Shown here: piece by piece, positions 42,506-51,548 of the stretch
Position numbering within the stretch: position 1 is the stretch's first letter
Layout: each line of letters begins with the position of its first letter
NCBI GenBank assembly: GCA_003221035.1
Contig: QHUB01000025.1
Span: 8,614 to 72,613 of the forward strand
Length of the DNA stretch: 64,000 nucleotides
Direction: 5' to 3'
Origin: Gemmatimonadota bacterium
GTDB lineage: Bacteria; Gemmatimonadota; Gemmatimonadetes; Gemmatimonadales; GWC2-71-9
Notes under the pieces: generated by a model
Told to the model about the DNA's origin: nothing
What the model saw: the letters and a program-made list of their open reading frames with translations, nothing else
The model's database searches: none
Position numbers and translations under genes: made by a program

Positions 42506-43063
42506 ATGAAAGCCACAGACATTCGCAAAGGTCACGTCCTCATGATCGACGGCCAGCCGTGCCGCGTGATGGACTTCACTCACCGGACGCCCGGCAACCT
42601 GCGCGCGTTTGTGCAGGTACGGTTCCGGAATCTCGTCACCGGCAACACCTTCGATCAGCGCCTCGCCGCGACGGACTTCCTGAATGAAGCGCGTCTCGAC
42701 ACCAAAGAGATGCAGGTGCTCTATCAGGATCAGGGTGGCGTGCACGTCATGGATCAGCAGACCTACGAGCAGTTCACGCTCGATGAGCGCGCGGTCGGCG
42801 ACGACACGCCGTGGCTGCAGCCGGAGATGGTCGTGCAGGTCGAATGGCTCGAGGGCCGGCCGATCGCGATCGAGCTGCCGTCGGTGATCGAGCTGAAGGT
42901 GGTCGAGACGTCGCCCGTCATGAAGACCGCGACCAAGACCGCGAGCACCAAGCCCGCGAAGCTGTCGAACGGCGTGACGGTACAGGTGCCGGAGTTCATC
43001 TCGCCGGGGGAAAAGGTGAGGGTGGACCCGAGATCAGGGCAGTACTTGGAGCGGGCGAGGTAG
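42506..43063 (+). CDS. efp: Translation elongation factor P
   Basis: It aligns ungapped with E. coli EF-P over the N-terminal domain (DGQP..V..F...PG...AF..V..RNL.TG). The OB domains are present. Confidence 0.95.
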   Translation: MKATDIRKGHVLMIDGQPCRVMDFTHRTPGNLRAFVQVRFRNLVTGNTFDQRLAATDFLNEARLDTKEMQVLYQDQGGVHVMDQQTYEQFTLDERAVGDDTPWLQPEMVVQVEWLEGRPIAIELPSVIELKVVETSPVMKTATKTASTKPAKLSNGVTVQVPEFISPGEKVRVDPRSGQYLERAR

Positions 43064-43069
43064 GGAGAT

Positions 43070-43099
43070 GGGAGAAGGGAGACCCTTCTCCCTTATTTG
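43070..43099 (+). terminator. Rho-independent terminator of efp
   Basis: A perfect 10-bp stem GGGAGAAGGG / CCCTTCTCCC with a 3-nt loop is followed by TTATTTGC. Confidence 0.6.
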
Positions 43100-43659
43100 C
43101 TCAGCTCACCGTATCTGTGGCATGTCACCAGGTGGTCGTTGACCATTCCTACTGCCTGCATGAACGCATAGACGATCGTCGGTCCCACAAAACGGAAGCC
43201 CCGCTCCACGAGCGCCTTACTCATCGCGGCCGATTCCCTGGTCTCGGCGGGAAGGCGCTTCAGCGTTTTCCAGGCGTTCACTTTCGTCTTGCCGCCGACG
43301 AACTGCCACAGGAACTCGTCGAATGATTCTCCGCCCTCTTGTATTTTCAGAAATGCGCGCGCGTTGCCGACCGCCGATTTGATTTTCTGCTTGTTGCGCA
43401 CGATGCCGGGATCGCGCAGGAGCCTGGCGATCCGCTTTGCGTCGTAGCGCGCCATCTTCTCGGGATCGAAGCCGTCGAATGCCTTGAGGAAGGCGTCGCG
43501 TTTGCGGAGGATGATGGCCCAGGACAATCCCGCCTGGAATCCATCCAGCACGAGCTTGCCGAAGAGCTGTTTGTCGTTGTGAACCGGGACACCCCACTCG
43601 AGGTCGTGGTACGCGGTCATCTGCGGATCGTCGCCGGTAGGCCAGCAGCGTCTGTTCAT
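43093..43659 (-). CDS. tag: DNA-3-methyladenine glycosylase I
   Basis: It has the Tag family hallmarks YHDLEWGVP and LDGFQAGLSW, plus the zinc-snap Cys/His residues. Confidence 0.9.
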   Translation of the reverse strand: MNRRCWPTGDDPQMTAYHDLEWGVPVHNDKQLFGKLVLDGFQAGLSWAIILRKRDAFLKAFDGFDPEKMARYDAKRIARLLRDPGIVRNKQKIKSAVGNARAFLKIQEGGESFDEFLWQFVGGKTKVNAWKTLKRLPAETRESAAMSKALVERGFRFVGPTIVYAFMQAVGMVNDHLVTCHRYGELSK

Positions 43660-43663
43660 GAGC

Positions 43664-43704
43664 TGAAAATAGCACGCCCCGCATCCTGGCGAGATGCGGG
43701 GCGT
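43664..43704 (-). terminator. Rho-independent terminator
   Basis: A 12-bp stem ACGCCCCGCATC / GATGCGGGGCGT is followed on the minus strand by GCTATTTTC. Confidence 0.6.
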
Positions 43705-43726
43705 TGTGGACGATTCGTAACCCTCG

Positions 43727-44623
43727 TCAGCGGCTCGCCGAGCGGTCCTCGGCGGTTAGCTGGGCCTCTCTGGCCACCTGCTTCGAGGCGCCTTCCATGA
43801 TGATGACCAGGAACTTCGAGCTGCGCCAGAAATCGGCCGGCGACGTGATGGTCAGCGTCGACGTGCCCGAGTACTTCCCGCCATCCCGCTGCTCCTCGAT
43901 GTAGTCGAGATCCTGCAGCGATGCGACCTTGTACGACGCGCTCGCGACCGGCAGAGGAATCTGCGTGACTTTCCGCGTGTCGATCGCCGTGAACAGGCTC
44001 GGGTCCAGATTGCGCGCCGGCTGGAGCGTCTTGCCGGTCCGCCACAGCACGAAGAGCACCCGGCCGCCGCCCTGCTCGGTCAGGATGCCTTTCTTCTTCA
44101 GCTGATCGCGCGTGCCGATCACGTAGTAGCCCGTCGCGAGGCTGTCATGCAAGGCGACGTTCTCTTCGGTCAACGCAGTCACGCGATCGGTGAGCAGATC
44201 GATCGTGGTCTTCTGCGAAGCGACCACCGCCTGGAGGTTCCCGACGGTCGAGTCGTAAGCGGCCCGCAGGCTGTCCGACAGCGCGCTCAGATTCTTGACC
44301 TTCTCGCGGCTCTGGCTCAGCGCGCTTTCCGTCTCGCGGACGCGCGCCACGACGTAGCGCAGCTTGGCGATCAGCGTGTCGTTCGAGGCGGTAATCGGAC
44401 TTTCGCTCGACACATGCAGCCGGTCGTTGCGGATCTTCGCCTTGGCGAGCTCGACGTTGACGTCACTGATGAGGCGCGAGCTGATCGCGACTTCCTGCAT
44501 CAGGCTGTCCTTCTGGGCGTTGACCTGCTCCAGGTCGGCCAGCTTGCGTTCCGTCTCCGCCGAAGTTCCGCAGGCGGCGAGGCCAAACGCGAGCGCCGCG
44601 AATGTGTACGTAAGCTTTCTCAT
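43727..44623 (-). CDS. Lipoprotein with N-terminal coiled coil, hypothetical
   Basis: It has a lipobox GLAACG, about 150 aa of heptad-like sequence, then a globular C-terminal domain. GGGGAG precedes ATG 44623. Confidence 0.7.
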   Translation of the reverse strand: MRKLTYTFAALAFGLAACGTSAETERKLADLEQVNAQKDSLMQEVAISSRLISDVNVELAKAKIRNDRLHVSSESPITASNDTLIAKLRYVVARVRETESALSQSREKVKNLSALSDSLRAAYDSTVGNLQAVVASQKTTIDLLTDRVTALTEENVALHDSLATGYYVIGTRDQLKKKGILTEQGGGRVLFVLWRTGKTLQPARNLDPSLFTAIDTRKVTQIPLPVASASYKVASLQDLDYIEEQRDGGKYSGTSTLTITSPADFWRSSKFLVIIMEGASKQVAREAQLTAEDRSASR

Positions 44624-44669
44624 TGCAACGACTCCCCGATCAAGTAGAGTGAGACTAGTTTTGCCGCCC

Positions 44670-45383
44670 ATGCTGCGGCTGCACGTCGGTACGTCCGGCT
44701 ACAACTTCCCTGAATGGCGGGGAAGCTTCTATCCGCCCAAGCTGGCGAGCGCGAAGTGGCTCGCCTACTACGCTCAACAATTGGGCACCGTCGAGATCAA
44801 TTACACGTTTTATCGCATGCCCAGCGCGAAGACGGTCGCCGGCTGGGATGCGGCGACGCCGGAGGGCTTCAATTTCGTTCTCAAAGCGCCGCAGCGCATC
44901 ACCCACATCGCGCGCCTCAAGAACATCGACGACTCAGTCCGGTTCTTCGTCGAAACCATTCGCAAGCTTAATGCCAAACTGGGCGCGGTATTATTTCAAT
45001 TACCCCCCAATTTTAAGAAAGACCTCGCCCGGCTCAGTGATCTACTCACCCAATTTCCGCCGGATGTCCGCGCGGCGTGTGAGTTCCGTCACGCATCGTG
45101 GTGGTCAGACGACGTCTATGAGCTGCTGCGAAGCACGAACACGGCATTATGTGTCGCGGATACCGAGGAAGGGACGACGCCGCTCGTGGCAACCGCGGAC
45201 TTCGGCTATGTGCGGTTGCGCGACACGGGCTACTCGGAGGGCGAGCTAAGGGATTGGCTGGGGAAACTCCACGACATCGGACGAGGCTGGACCGACGCCT
45301 TTGTCTTCTTCAAACACGAAGAGCAGGGCGTCGGTCCGAAGCTCGCGGCTCAGCTGGCAGCCATCGCGGCGGCGGTGGTTTAG
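44670..45383 (+). CDS. DUF72 (YecE-like) family protein
   Basis: It has GTSGYNFPEWRGSFYP, EINYTFYRMP and LFQLPPNF, typical of DUF72. Confidence 0.85.
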   Translation: MLRLHVGTSGYNFPEWRGSFYPPKLASAKWLAYYAQQLGTVEINYTFYRMPSAKTVAGWDAATPEGFNFVLKAPQRITHIARLKNIDDSVRFFVETIRKLNAKLGAVLFQLPPNFKKDLARLSDLLTQFPPDVRAACEFRHASWWSDDVYELLRSTNTALCVADTEEGTTPLVATADFGYVRLRDTGYSEGELRDWLGKLHDIGRGWTDAFVFFKHEEQGVGPKLAAQLAAIAAAVV

Positions 45384-46216
45384 CGGCCTCCCGCGACCTT
45401 CCGGCGCTTCGCCGGCCTCGCCGGCTTCGCTTCCGGCTTCTCCTTTTGGCCTCCGAGGCTCTGCCTCAGCGCCTGCATGAGATCGAGCACCTTGGCCTTC
45501 GGCGCCTCTTCCGGCTCCTCCGTGATCTGCTTGCCTTCGACCTTGCGCTCGATTTGCTCCATGATCCGCTCGCGCACGTTGTCCTTGTACTTCTCCGGGT
45601 GGAATTCCTCAGTCGCCGCCTGGTCGATCAACTTCACCGCGAGATCGAGCTCCGGCTTCTTCACTTCGGTCTTGGGCACCGGGACTTCGGCGATCGAGCG
45701 GATTTCGTCGGCGTAGCGGAGCTGCTCCATCACGAGCCGGCCGTCCACGGGACGGACCATGATGAGATACTGCTTGCCGCGCGCGGCGTACTGGCCGATC
45801 GCCACACGCTTCGTTTGCTCGAGCGCTTCGGCCAGCAGCTTGTACGCGCGCTCGCCGCCCTTGTCCGGGCCGAGGTAGTACGTGCGGTCCAGCCAGATCC
45901 GATCCACCTGCTCGGCGGGCAGGAACTCCACGATGTCGATCGCCCCGGTGGCTTTCTCTTCCAGTGCTTTGATTTCCTCGGGCGTGAACGTGACGTATTG
46001 GCCCTTCTGGAATTCGTAGCCCTTGATCGTGTCGGAGCGCTCGACCTTCTCACCGTCCTTGGAGCAGACGTATTGCTGCTTCAGGCGGGCTCCATCCTTC
46101 TTATGCAGCATGTTGAACGAGACAGCGGCCTTCGACTCGCCGGCAGCGAAGAGCTGCACGGGCACGGACACGAGGCCGAACGAAACCGTGGCGGAACCGA
46201 TGGAATGGGCGGCCAT
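45380..46216 (-). CDS. ku: Ku protein (NHEJ DNA end-binding)
   Basis: It has the Ku core (SFGLVSVPVQLF, YEFQKGQYV, Y.LGPDKGGERAY) and a basic C-terminal tail. Confidence 0.9.
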   Translation of the reverse strand: MAAHSIGSATVSFGLVSVPVQLFAAGESKAAVSFNMLHKKDGARLKQQYVCSKDGEKVERSDTIKGYEFQKGQYVTFTPEEIKALEEKATGAIDIVEFLPAEQVDRIWLDRTYYLGPDKGGERAYKLLAEALEQTKRVAIGQYAARGKQYLIMVRPVDGRLVMEQLRYADEIRSIAEVPVPKTEVKKPELDLAVKLIDQAATEEFHPEKYKDNVRERIMEQIERKVEGKQITEEPEEAPKAKVLDLMQALRQSLGGQKEKPEAKPARPAKRRKVAGGR

Positions 46217-46290
46217 ATCATTATGATACGTCGATAGTTCCGACCTTGTCTAGCGCTGCATAACGCGACGGGGTAACTCCTAGAACTCCC

Positions 46291-47673
46291 GTGACTAACC
46301 CGACTTCGTCATCACCGTCTGTTGCGACCTGCCTCCGCTGTGGCACGCAGTACAATCCCGCGGCAGGCGGCGACGCCCTGCTGTGCGTCGAGTGCCTGGC
46401 AGCTCAGCCGCGCGTGAACATGACCATGGTGCTCATCGCGATCAATGTCCTCGTCTTTGTTGCCATGGCCGCGAGCGGCGTATCGCCCATGGAGCCCACG
46501 TCACTCGAGCTGCTGAAGTGGGGCGCGAGCTTCGGACCGCACGAGCTGAGCAATGAATGGTGGAGACTGTTCACGGCGATGTTCGTACACATCGGCCTGC
46601 TGCACATCGGCCTCAACATGTATTGCCTATGGAGTCTCGGACCGCTCGCCGAGCGCGTCTTTGGGCCGTGGCGGTTTTTGGCGCTCTATCTGGTGAGTGG
46701 TGTCGCCGGAAATGTCGCGAGCGTCGGACTTCATCCCATGATTGTGGCGGCGGGCGCATCGGGCGCGATCTTCGGCGTGGCGGGGGCGCTCTTGCCCGTG
46801 CTTCACCTCCGCAACATTCCGGCGATCGTGAACTTGCGTGGCCGTCGCGGGCGGCTCGGGATCGGCGGCTTCATTGTCTACAATCTCATGTACGGCTTTG
46901 CCAGCACCGGCATCGACAACGCCGCACACATCGGCGGACTGCTGATCGGGTTCATAATCGGATATGCGGCGCCCGTCGCGCGGTCGCATACCGGTCGAGA
47001 AGCTGAGTGGCGTACGCGAGGCGTGCTGATCGCCGTCGCAATCTTTCTCACAGCGACGTTCGTCGGTGTACGGCGCTGGCGGCATGGTTATGCGGAGATG
47101 GATCTTGGCCGGCGCGCGTTGATCACGGGCCATACCGAGGATGGAATCGCCCGCCTCGTGCGCGTGATACACGACGATCCGGACAACGAGCAAGCGCACT
47201 ACTGGTTGGGTGCTGGATACATGGACCGTCATATGTACCAAAACGCGATCGAGGAATTCGAGACGGTGCTGCGCCTGAGGCCCGAATCGAAAGATGTCTT
47301 TGTACTTGCGAGTCTTGGCGCCGCATACCTCGACACCGATCGCGCCGAGCAGGCCATCGCGCCTCTCGAAAAGGCAGTACAGATCCAACCTGACTCGGCA
47401 CGCAACCATTACAATCTCGGGCTCGCATACCTTCGCACACGGAATTTCAGGGCCGCGCTTGGCTCGTTTCAGCAGGCAATCGAGCTCAGACCTGACGATG
47501 CGATTGCCCTGTTGCAACACGGCTACGCCTATCAGCAGTTAGGAATTCCGGACAGCGCTCGCATTGATTATGCGCGCGTCTTGAGCCGGCCCAGCGGCAC
47601 AATCAGTGACGACACGCGTGCCAAGGCGCAGAACCTCATAGCCGGTTTGCCGGGTATCTCAAAGACGCATTGA
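46291..47673 (+). CDS. Rhomboid-family intramembrane serine protease with N-terminal zinc ribbon and C-terminal TPR repeats
   Basis: It has CxxC...CxxC and the rhomboid motifs FVHIGLLHIGLNM, GASGAIFG and AAHIGG. An extra TM helix and TPR units follow. Confidence 0.85.
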   Translation: MTNPTSSSPSVATCLRCGTQYNPAAGGDALLCVECLAAQPRVNMTMVLIAINVLVFVAMAASGVSPMEPTSLELLKWGASFGPHELSNEWWRLFTAMFVHIGLLHIGLNMYCLWSLGPLAERVFGPWRFLALYLVSGVAGNVASVGLHPMIVAAGASGAIFGVAGALLPVLHLRNIPAIVNLRGRRGRLGIGGFIVYNLMYGFASTGIDNAAHIGGLLIGFIIGYAAPVARSHTGREAEWRTRGVLIAVAIFLTATFVGVRRWRHGYAEMDLGRRALITGHTEDGIARLVRVIHDDPDNEQAHYWLGAGYMDRHMYQNAIEEFETVLRLRPESKDVFVLASLGAAYLDTDRAEQAIAPLEKAVQIQPDSARNHYNLGLAYLRTRNFRAALGSFQQAIELRPDDAIALLQHGYAYQQLGIPDSARIDYARVLSRPSGTISDDTRAKAQNLIAGLPGISKTH

Positions 47674-50228
47674 TGCCAAAATCCAAATCGTCATCATCCT
47701 CCGACTCTCTCGCGAAGTATCGTGCGAAACGAGCGTTCGATAGCACGCCCGAGCCGGGCGGGCTCGTCCCCAAGGCCGGGCCCAAGCAGGGCGGCTTGCT
47801 GATTGTGCATATGCACGATGCGACGCGCCTGCACTGGGATCTGCGGCTGGAGATGGACGGGGTGCTCAAATCCTGGGCCGTTCCCAAAGGACCGTCCGCC
47901 AACCCGGCGGACAAGCGCCTGGCCGTCAAAGTCGAGGACCACCCGCTCGAGTACGGCGACTTCGAAGGCATCATTCCCGAGGGCAACTACGGGGCCGGCA
48001 CCGTTGTCGTGTGGGATCGCGGGATCTGGGAGCCGCTTGAAGAGCCGCACGAAGGACTCGAGAAAGGCAAACTCCTCTTCAACCTGAAAGGCTACAAGCT
48101 CCACGGCCGCTGGACGCTCATCAAGCTCAAGAAGACCGAGAAGGAATGGTTGCTGATCAAGGAGCGGGACGAGTACGTCTCGACCGAGCCGTATTCGAAC
48201 GAATCGGTGCTCTCCGGCTTGACCAACGACGAGCTCGAGAACGCGAAGCAGCGCGCGGAGCCGGTCAAGAAGGAGCTCGAGAAGCTGGGCGCGCCGAAAC
48301 GCGCGTTGCGCGTCGAAGATACCGAGCTGATGCTCGCCGAGACGCGCGAAGGTCCATTCTCGAGAGACGGGTGGCTGTTTGAAGTGAAGCTCGACGGCTA
48401 TCGCATGCGCGCGGCGTGCCAGAATGGCGAGCCGATTCTGTATTCGCGCAAAGGGCTCGACTACACCGAGTCGTTTCCGGAAATCGCGCGCGCGGTCAAG
48501 GCGATTCCGTTCGAGGGTGTCATTCTCGACGGCGAGCTGGTCGTCACGAACGCCTCGGGCCACCCCAGCTTCAACATGCTCCAGGCGCGCGCGAAGCTCG
48601 GCGCGCGGGAAGCGAAACGCGCCGCGATCGAGTCGCCGGCGACGCTGTATGTGTTCGATCTGCTCGCGTTCGCCGGCTACGATCTCCGCAAGCTGCCGCT
48701 CATCAAGCGCAAGGAAATCCTGCGGCAAGTGCTTCCCCAAACCGGACCGCTCCGGTACTCGGAGCATTTCGAGAAGAATGGTGAGGCGCTGTACGAGCAG
48801 GTGATGAAGCTCGGGCTCGAAGGAGTCATGGCCAAGAAGGCGGACAGTCCGTATCGGAACGGCCGCTCCGGCGACTGGCTGAAGATCCGCGCCGACCGGA
48901 TCGATGACTTTGTGGTCGTCGGCTTCACGAAGCCCAAAGGCGCGCGCGGCGGGTTCGGCTCACTCCACGTCGGCGCATATCAGGGCGGCACGTTGATCTA
49001 CTGCGGCCGCGCGGGCTCCGGATTCACCGGCGATCAGCTCGATGAAGTCAGCGCACAGCTCCAGTCACTCGTTCGCAAGACGCCGCCGTGCGAGCCGCCG
49101 CCTCACGGTGCGCTGCCCAAGGGCCCAGATCATACCTGGGTGGAGCCGAGACTCGTGTGTGATGTGCGGTATAAGGAGATGACGAAGGACGGACTCTTGA
49201 GGCAGTCGGTGTTTCTGCGCTTTCGAGATGATAAGAAAGCGGAGGACGTCGTCATGCCTGGTGAGAAGGGAGACGGGAGAAGGAACAAGGATGATGCAGT
49301 GCCGCAACGTACATCTCCCCGCCCCCCTCTCCCAAGGGAAGTAAAGTTCTCGAACCTCGACAAGGTCTTCTGGCCAGAGGAGAAATACACCAAGGGCGAC
49401 CTGATCGAGTACTACCGTTCGATGGCGCCCTGGCTGCTGCCGTATCTGAAGGAACGTCCCGTCGTACTGACCCGCTATCCCGACGGCATCAACGGCAAGT
49501 CGTTCTATCAAAAAGACGCGCCCGGGTTCGTTCCCGACTGGATTCAGACGATTCCGATCTGGAGCGAGGATACGCAACGCGACATCCAGTACTTCGTCGC
49601 GAACGACGTCGAGACGCTCGTCTACCTGGTGAACCTCGGTACGATCCCGCTGCACATCTGGCACAGCCGTATCGATGACCTCACGCGTCCCGACTGGTGC
49701 CTCATCGATCTGGATCCGAAAGAGGCGCCCTTCGCGCATGTGATCATGCTGGCGAAGACCATGCGCGAGCTGTGCGAGCAGGTCGAGATGCCGGCTGTCA
49801 TCAAGACGACGGGAAAGTCGGGGCTGCATATCATGCTCCCGCTCGGCCGCCAGATGAACTACGACCAATCCCTTCAGTTCGCGATGTTGTTCGCTCGGCT
49901 GGTGACGGATCGCCACCCTGATATCGCGACGACACAGCGGACGATCAGCAAGCGCGAGGGCAAGGTCTATGTCGACGCGTTTCAGAATCGCGCCGGTCAG
50001 TTAATGGTGTCGGCATACAGTGTGCGTCCCAGCCCCGGCGCGCCGGTTTCGATGCCCATCGCGTGGGACGAGCTCAACGGCAAGCTCCACAACAGCAACT
50101 GGACGATCAAGAACGCACTCAAGAGGATGGAAAAGTTGGGCGCCGATCCTGTCGTCCAAGTCCTCGAGCAGAAGCCCAAGTTGATGGGCGTGCTCGAACG
50201 CCTGAACAGGCTGCTTGGCGAAGACTGA
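47673..50228 (+). CDS. ligD: DNA ligase D (phosphoesterase - ligase - polymerase/primase order)
   Basis: It has the PE motif HWDLRLE..LKSWAVPKGPS, the ligase motif EVKLDGYR, and the Pol domain LTRYPDGINGKSFYQKDAP. Its ATG overlaps the rhomboid stop (TGATG). Confidence 0.9.
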   Translation: MPKSKSSSSSDSLAKYRAKRAFDSTPEPGGLVPKAGPKQGGLLIVHMHDATRLHWDLRLEMDGVLKSWAVPKGPSANPADKRLAVKVEDHPLEYGDFEGIIPEGNYGAGTVVVWDRGIWEPLEEPHEGLEKGKLLFNLKGYKLHGRWTLIKLKKTEKEWLLIKERDEYVSTEPYSNESVLSGLTNDELENAKQRAEPVKKELEKLGAPKRALRVEDTELMLAETREGPFSRDGWLFEVKLDGYRMRAACQNGEPILYSRKGLDYTESFPEIARAVKAIPFEGVILDGELVVTNASGHPSFNMLQARAKLGAREAKRAAIESPATLYVFDLLAFAGYDLRKLPLIKRKEILRQVLPQTGPLRYSEHFEKNGEALYEQVMKLGLEGVMAKKADSPYRNGRSGDWLKIRADRIDDFVVVGFTKPKGARGGFGSLHVGAYQGGTLIYCGRAGSGFTGDQLDEVSAQLQSLVRKTPPCEPPPHGALPKGPDHTWVEPRLVCDVRYKEMTKDGLLRQSVFLRFRDDKKAEDVVMPGEKGDGRRNKDDAVPQRTSPRPPLPREVKFSNLDKVFWPEEKYTKGDLIEYYRSMAPWLLPYLKERPVVLTRYPDGINGKSFYQKDAPGFVPDWIQTIPIWSEDTQRDIQYFVANDVETLVYLVNLGTIPLHIWHSRIDDLTRPDWCLIDLDPKEAPFAHVIMLAKTMRELCEQVEMPAVIKTTGKSGLHIMLPLGRQMNYDQSLQFAMLFARLVTDRHPDIATTQRTISKREGKVYVDAFQNRAGQLMVSAYSVRPSPGAPVSMPIAWDELNGKLHNSNWTIKNALKRMEKLGADPVVQVLEQKPKLMGVLERLNRLLGED

Positions 50229-50838
50229 CGCGCAGGCCGTATACGCGTTCGCGCATGGAGCCGGCGCGGGGATGAATCATCCGTTCATGCAACGTGCGGC
50301 GGAAGCGCTGGAGGCCCGCGGAATCGCCGCCTACCGGTTCAACTTTCCGTACATGGAAGCGCAGAAGAGCCGTCCCGATTCACCGGCGGTGGCGGAAGAA
50401 GCGGTGCGGAAGGCCGTCGCCGAGGCCGCTCGCCATCATCCGGGATTGCCGATCCTCGCGGGCGGGAAGTCGTTTGGCGGGCGGATGACCTCGCAGGCCC
50501 AGGCCGCGCAGCCAATGCCCGGCGTGCGCGGTCTCGTGTTCTTCGGCTTTCCGCTCCACCCGCCGGGCAAGGCAGGAAAAAGCCGCGCGGATCATTTGAT
50601 GTCTGTTGACGTACCGATGCTATTCCTGCAGGGCACCCGCGATGAGTTCGCGCAACTCGAGCTGCTCCGGGAGGTGGTGGATGGGCTGGGCGAGCGGGCG
50701 ACGTTGCATCTGCTCGAGGAGGGTGATCACTCGTTCAAAGTTCCCAAGAAACGCACGGGAAAGACGGAAGCAGACGTCATGGACGAGTTGGCGGATACCA
50801 TTCAGCAATGGGCGAAACAATGCCGAATTATTGGCTAG
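50215..50838 (+). CDS. Alpha/beta-hydrolase (COG3571 / KANL3-TEX30-like)
   Basis: It has FAHGAGAGMNHPFM and the GGKSFGGR nucleophile elbow. The start is uncertain: TTG lies inside the last ligD codons. Confidence 0.7.
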   Translation: MAKTDAQAVYAFAHGAGAGMNHPFMQRAAEALEARGIAAYRFNFPYMEAQKSRPDSPAVAEEAVRKAVAEAARHHPGLPILAGGKSFGGRMTSQAQAAQPMPGVRGLVFFGFPLHPPGKAGKSRADHLMSVDVPMLFLQGTRDEFAQLELLREVVDGLGERATLHLLEEGDHSFKVPKKRTGKTEADVMDELADTIQQWAKQCRIIG

Positions 50839-51236
50839 TCAAAACCGAGCCGAGCTCGTACAGCTACGATGACATGGCTCGCGAAGAAACCGCGGTGTGG
50901 GATGGCGTGAAGAACCCGGTCGCGATCCGCAATCTCCGGGCGATGCATCCCGGGGATCAGGTACTGGTCTACCACACCGGGGATGAAAAGGCGGTGGTGG
51001 GTTGGGCGACGGTGGTGTCGTCGCCCTATCCCGATCCCAAGAACAAAGACTCGAAACTGTTCGTGATCGATCTCAAGGCGCATCGCCGCCTGCCGCAGCC
51101 GGTGACGCTGGCCCAGATCAAGGCCGACAAGACGTTTGCCGATCTGCCGATTGTGCGACAGGGGCGCCTGTCCGTGAGTCCCGTGACGGCGCCCCAGTGG
51201 AAACGCGTGCTGCAGCTCGCCGGCGCGAACGACTAG
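50820..51236 (+). CDS. EVE (PUA-like) domain protein
   Basis: It has MPNYWLVKTEPSSYSYDDM..VWDGVKN..A.NLR.M..GD, typical of EVE/THYN1-like proteins. Confidence 0.85.
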   Translation: MPNYWLVKTEPSSYSYDDMAREETAVWDGVKNPVAIRNLRAMHPGDQVLVYHTGDEKAVVGWATVVSSPYPDPKNKDSKLFVIDLKAHRRLPQPVTLAQIKADKTFADLPIVRQGRLSVSPVTAPQWKRVLQLAGAND

Positions 51237-51520
51237 CGCTTCGGCTTTTTGCTCAGCTTGCGCGCGCGATTCTCGGCGCGCGCCGACGCAATACCCGCTG
51301 CGACGCCCGCGACGATCGCGGCTCGACCGACGGCCCTGAGCACCTTGCCGGTCCGGCGCAGCGCCGCCTTCACCCGCATCCGTCGCTGCTCCGTCTCGGC
51401 GCGTTTCTGTGCTTCCGCGAGCAACTTGTCGGCCTCGCGAGCCGCCGTCTCGGCCCACTTCCGAGCCGTCTTGGCAGCTTTGATCGCCGCCTTCTTGAAG
51501 CGCTCTCCGCGTGAAGCCAT
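51233..51520 (-). CDS. Small basic protein with C-terminal hydrophobic segment (95 aa), hypothetical
   Basis: GAGGAGG precedes ATG 51520. The sequence is Lys/Arg/Ala-rich and helical, followed by AAIVAGVAAGIASA. Confidence 0.6.
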   Translation of the reverse strand: MASRGERFKKAAIKAAKTARKWAETAAREADKLLAEAQKRAETEQRRMRVKAALRRTGKVLRAVGRAAIVAGVAAGIASARAENRARKLSKKPKR

Positions 51521-51548
51521 TTTCAGTGCCTCCTCAGGACTGTAGTCG

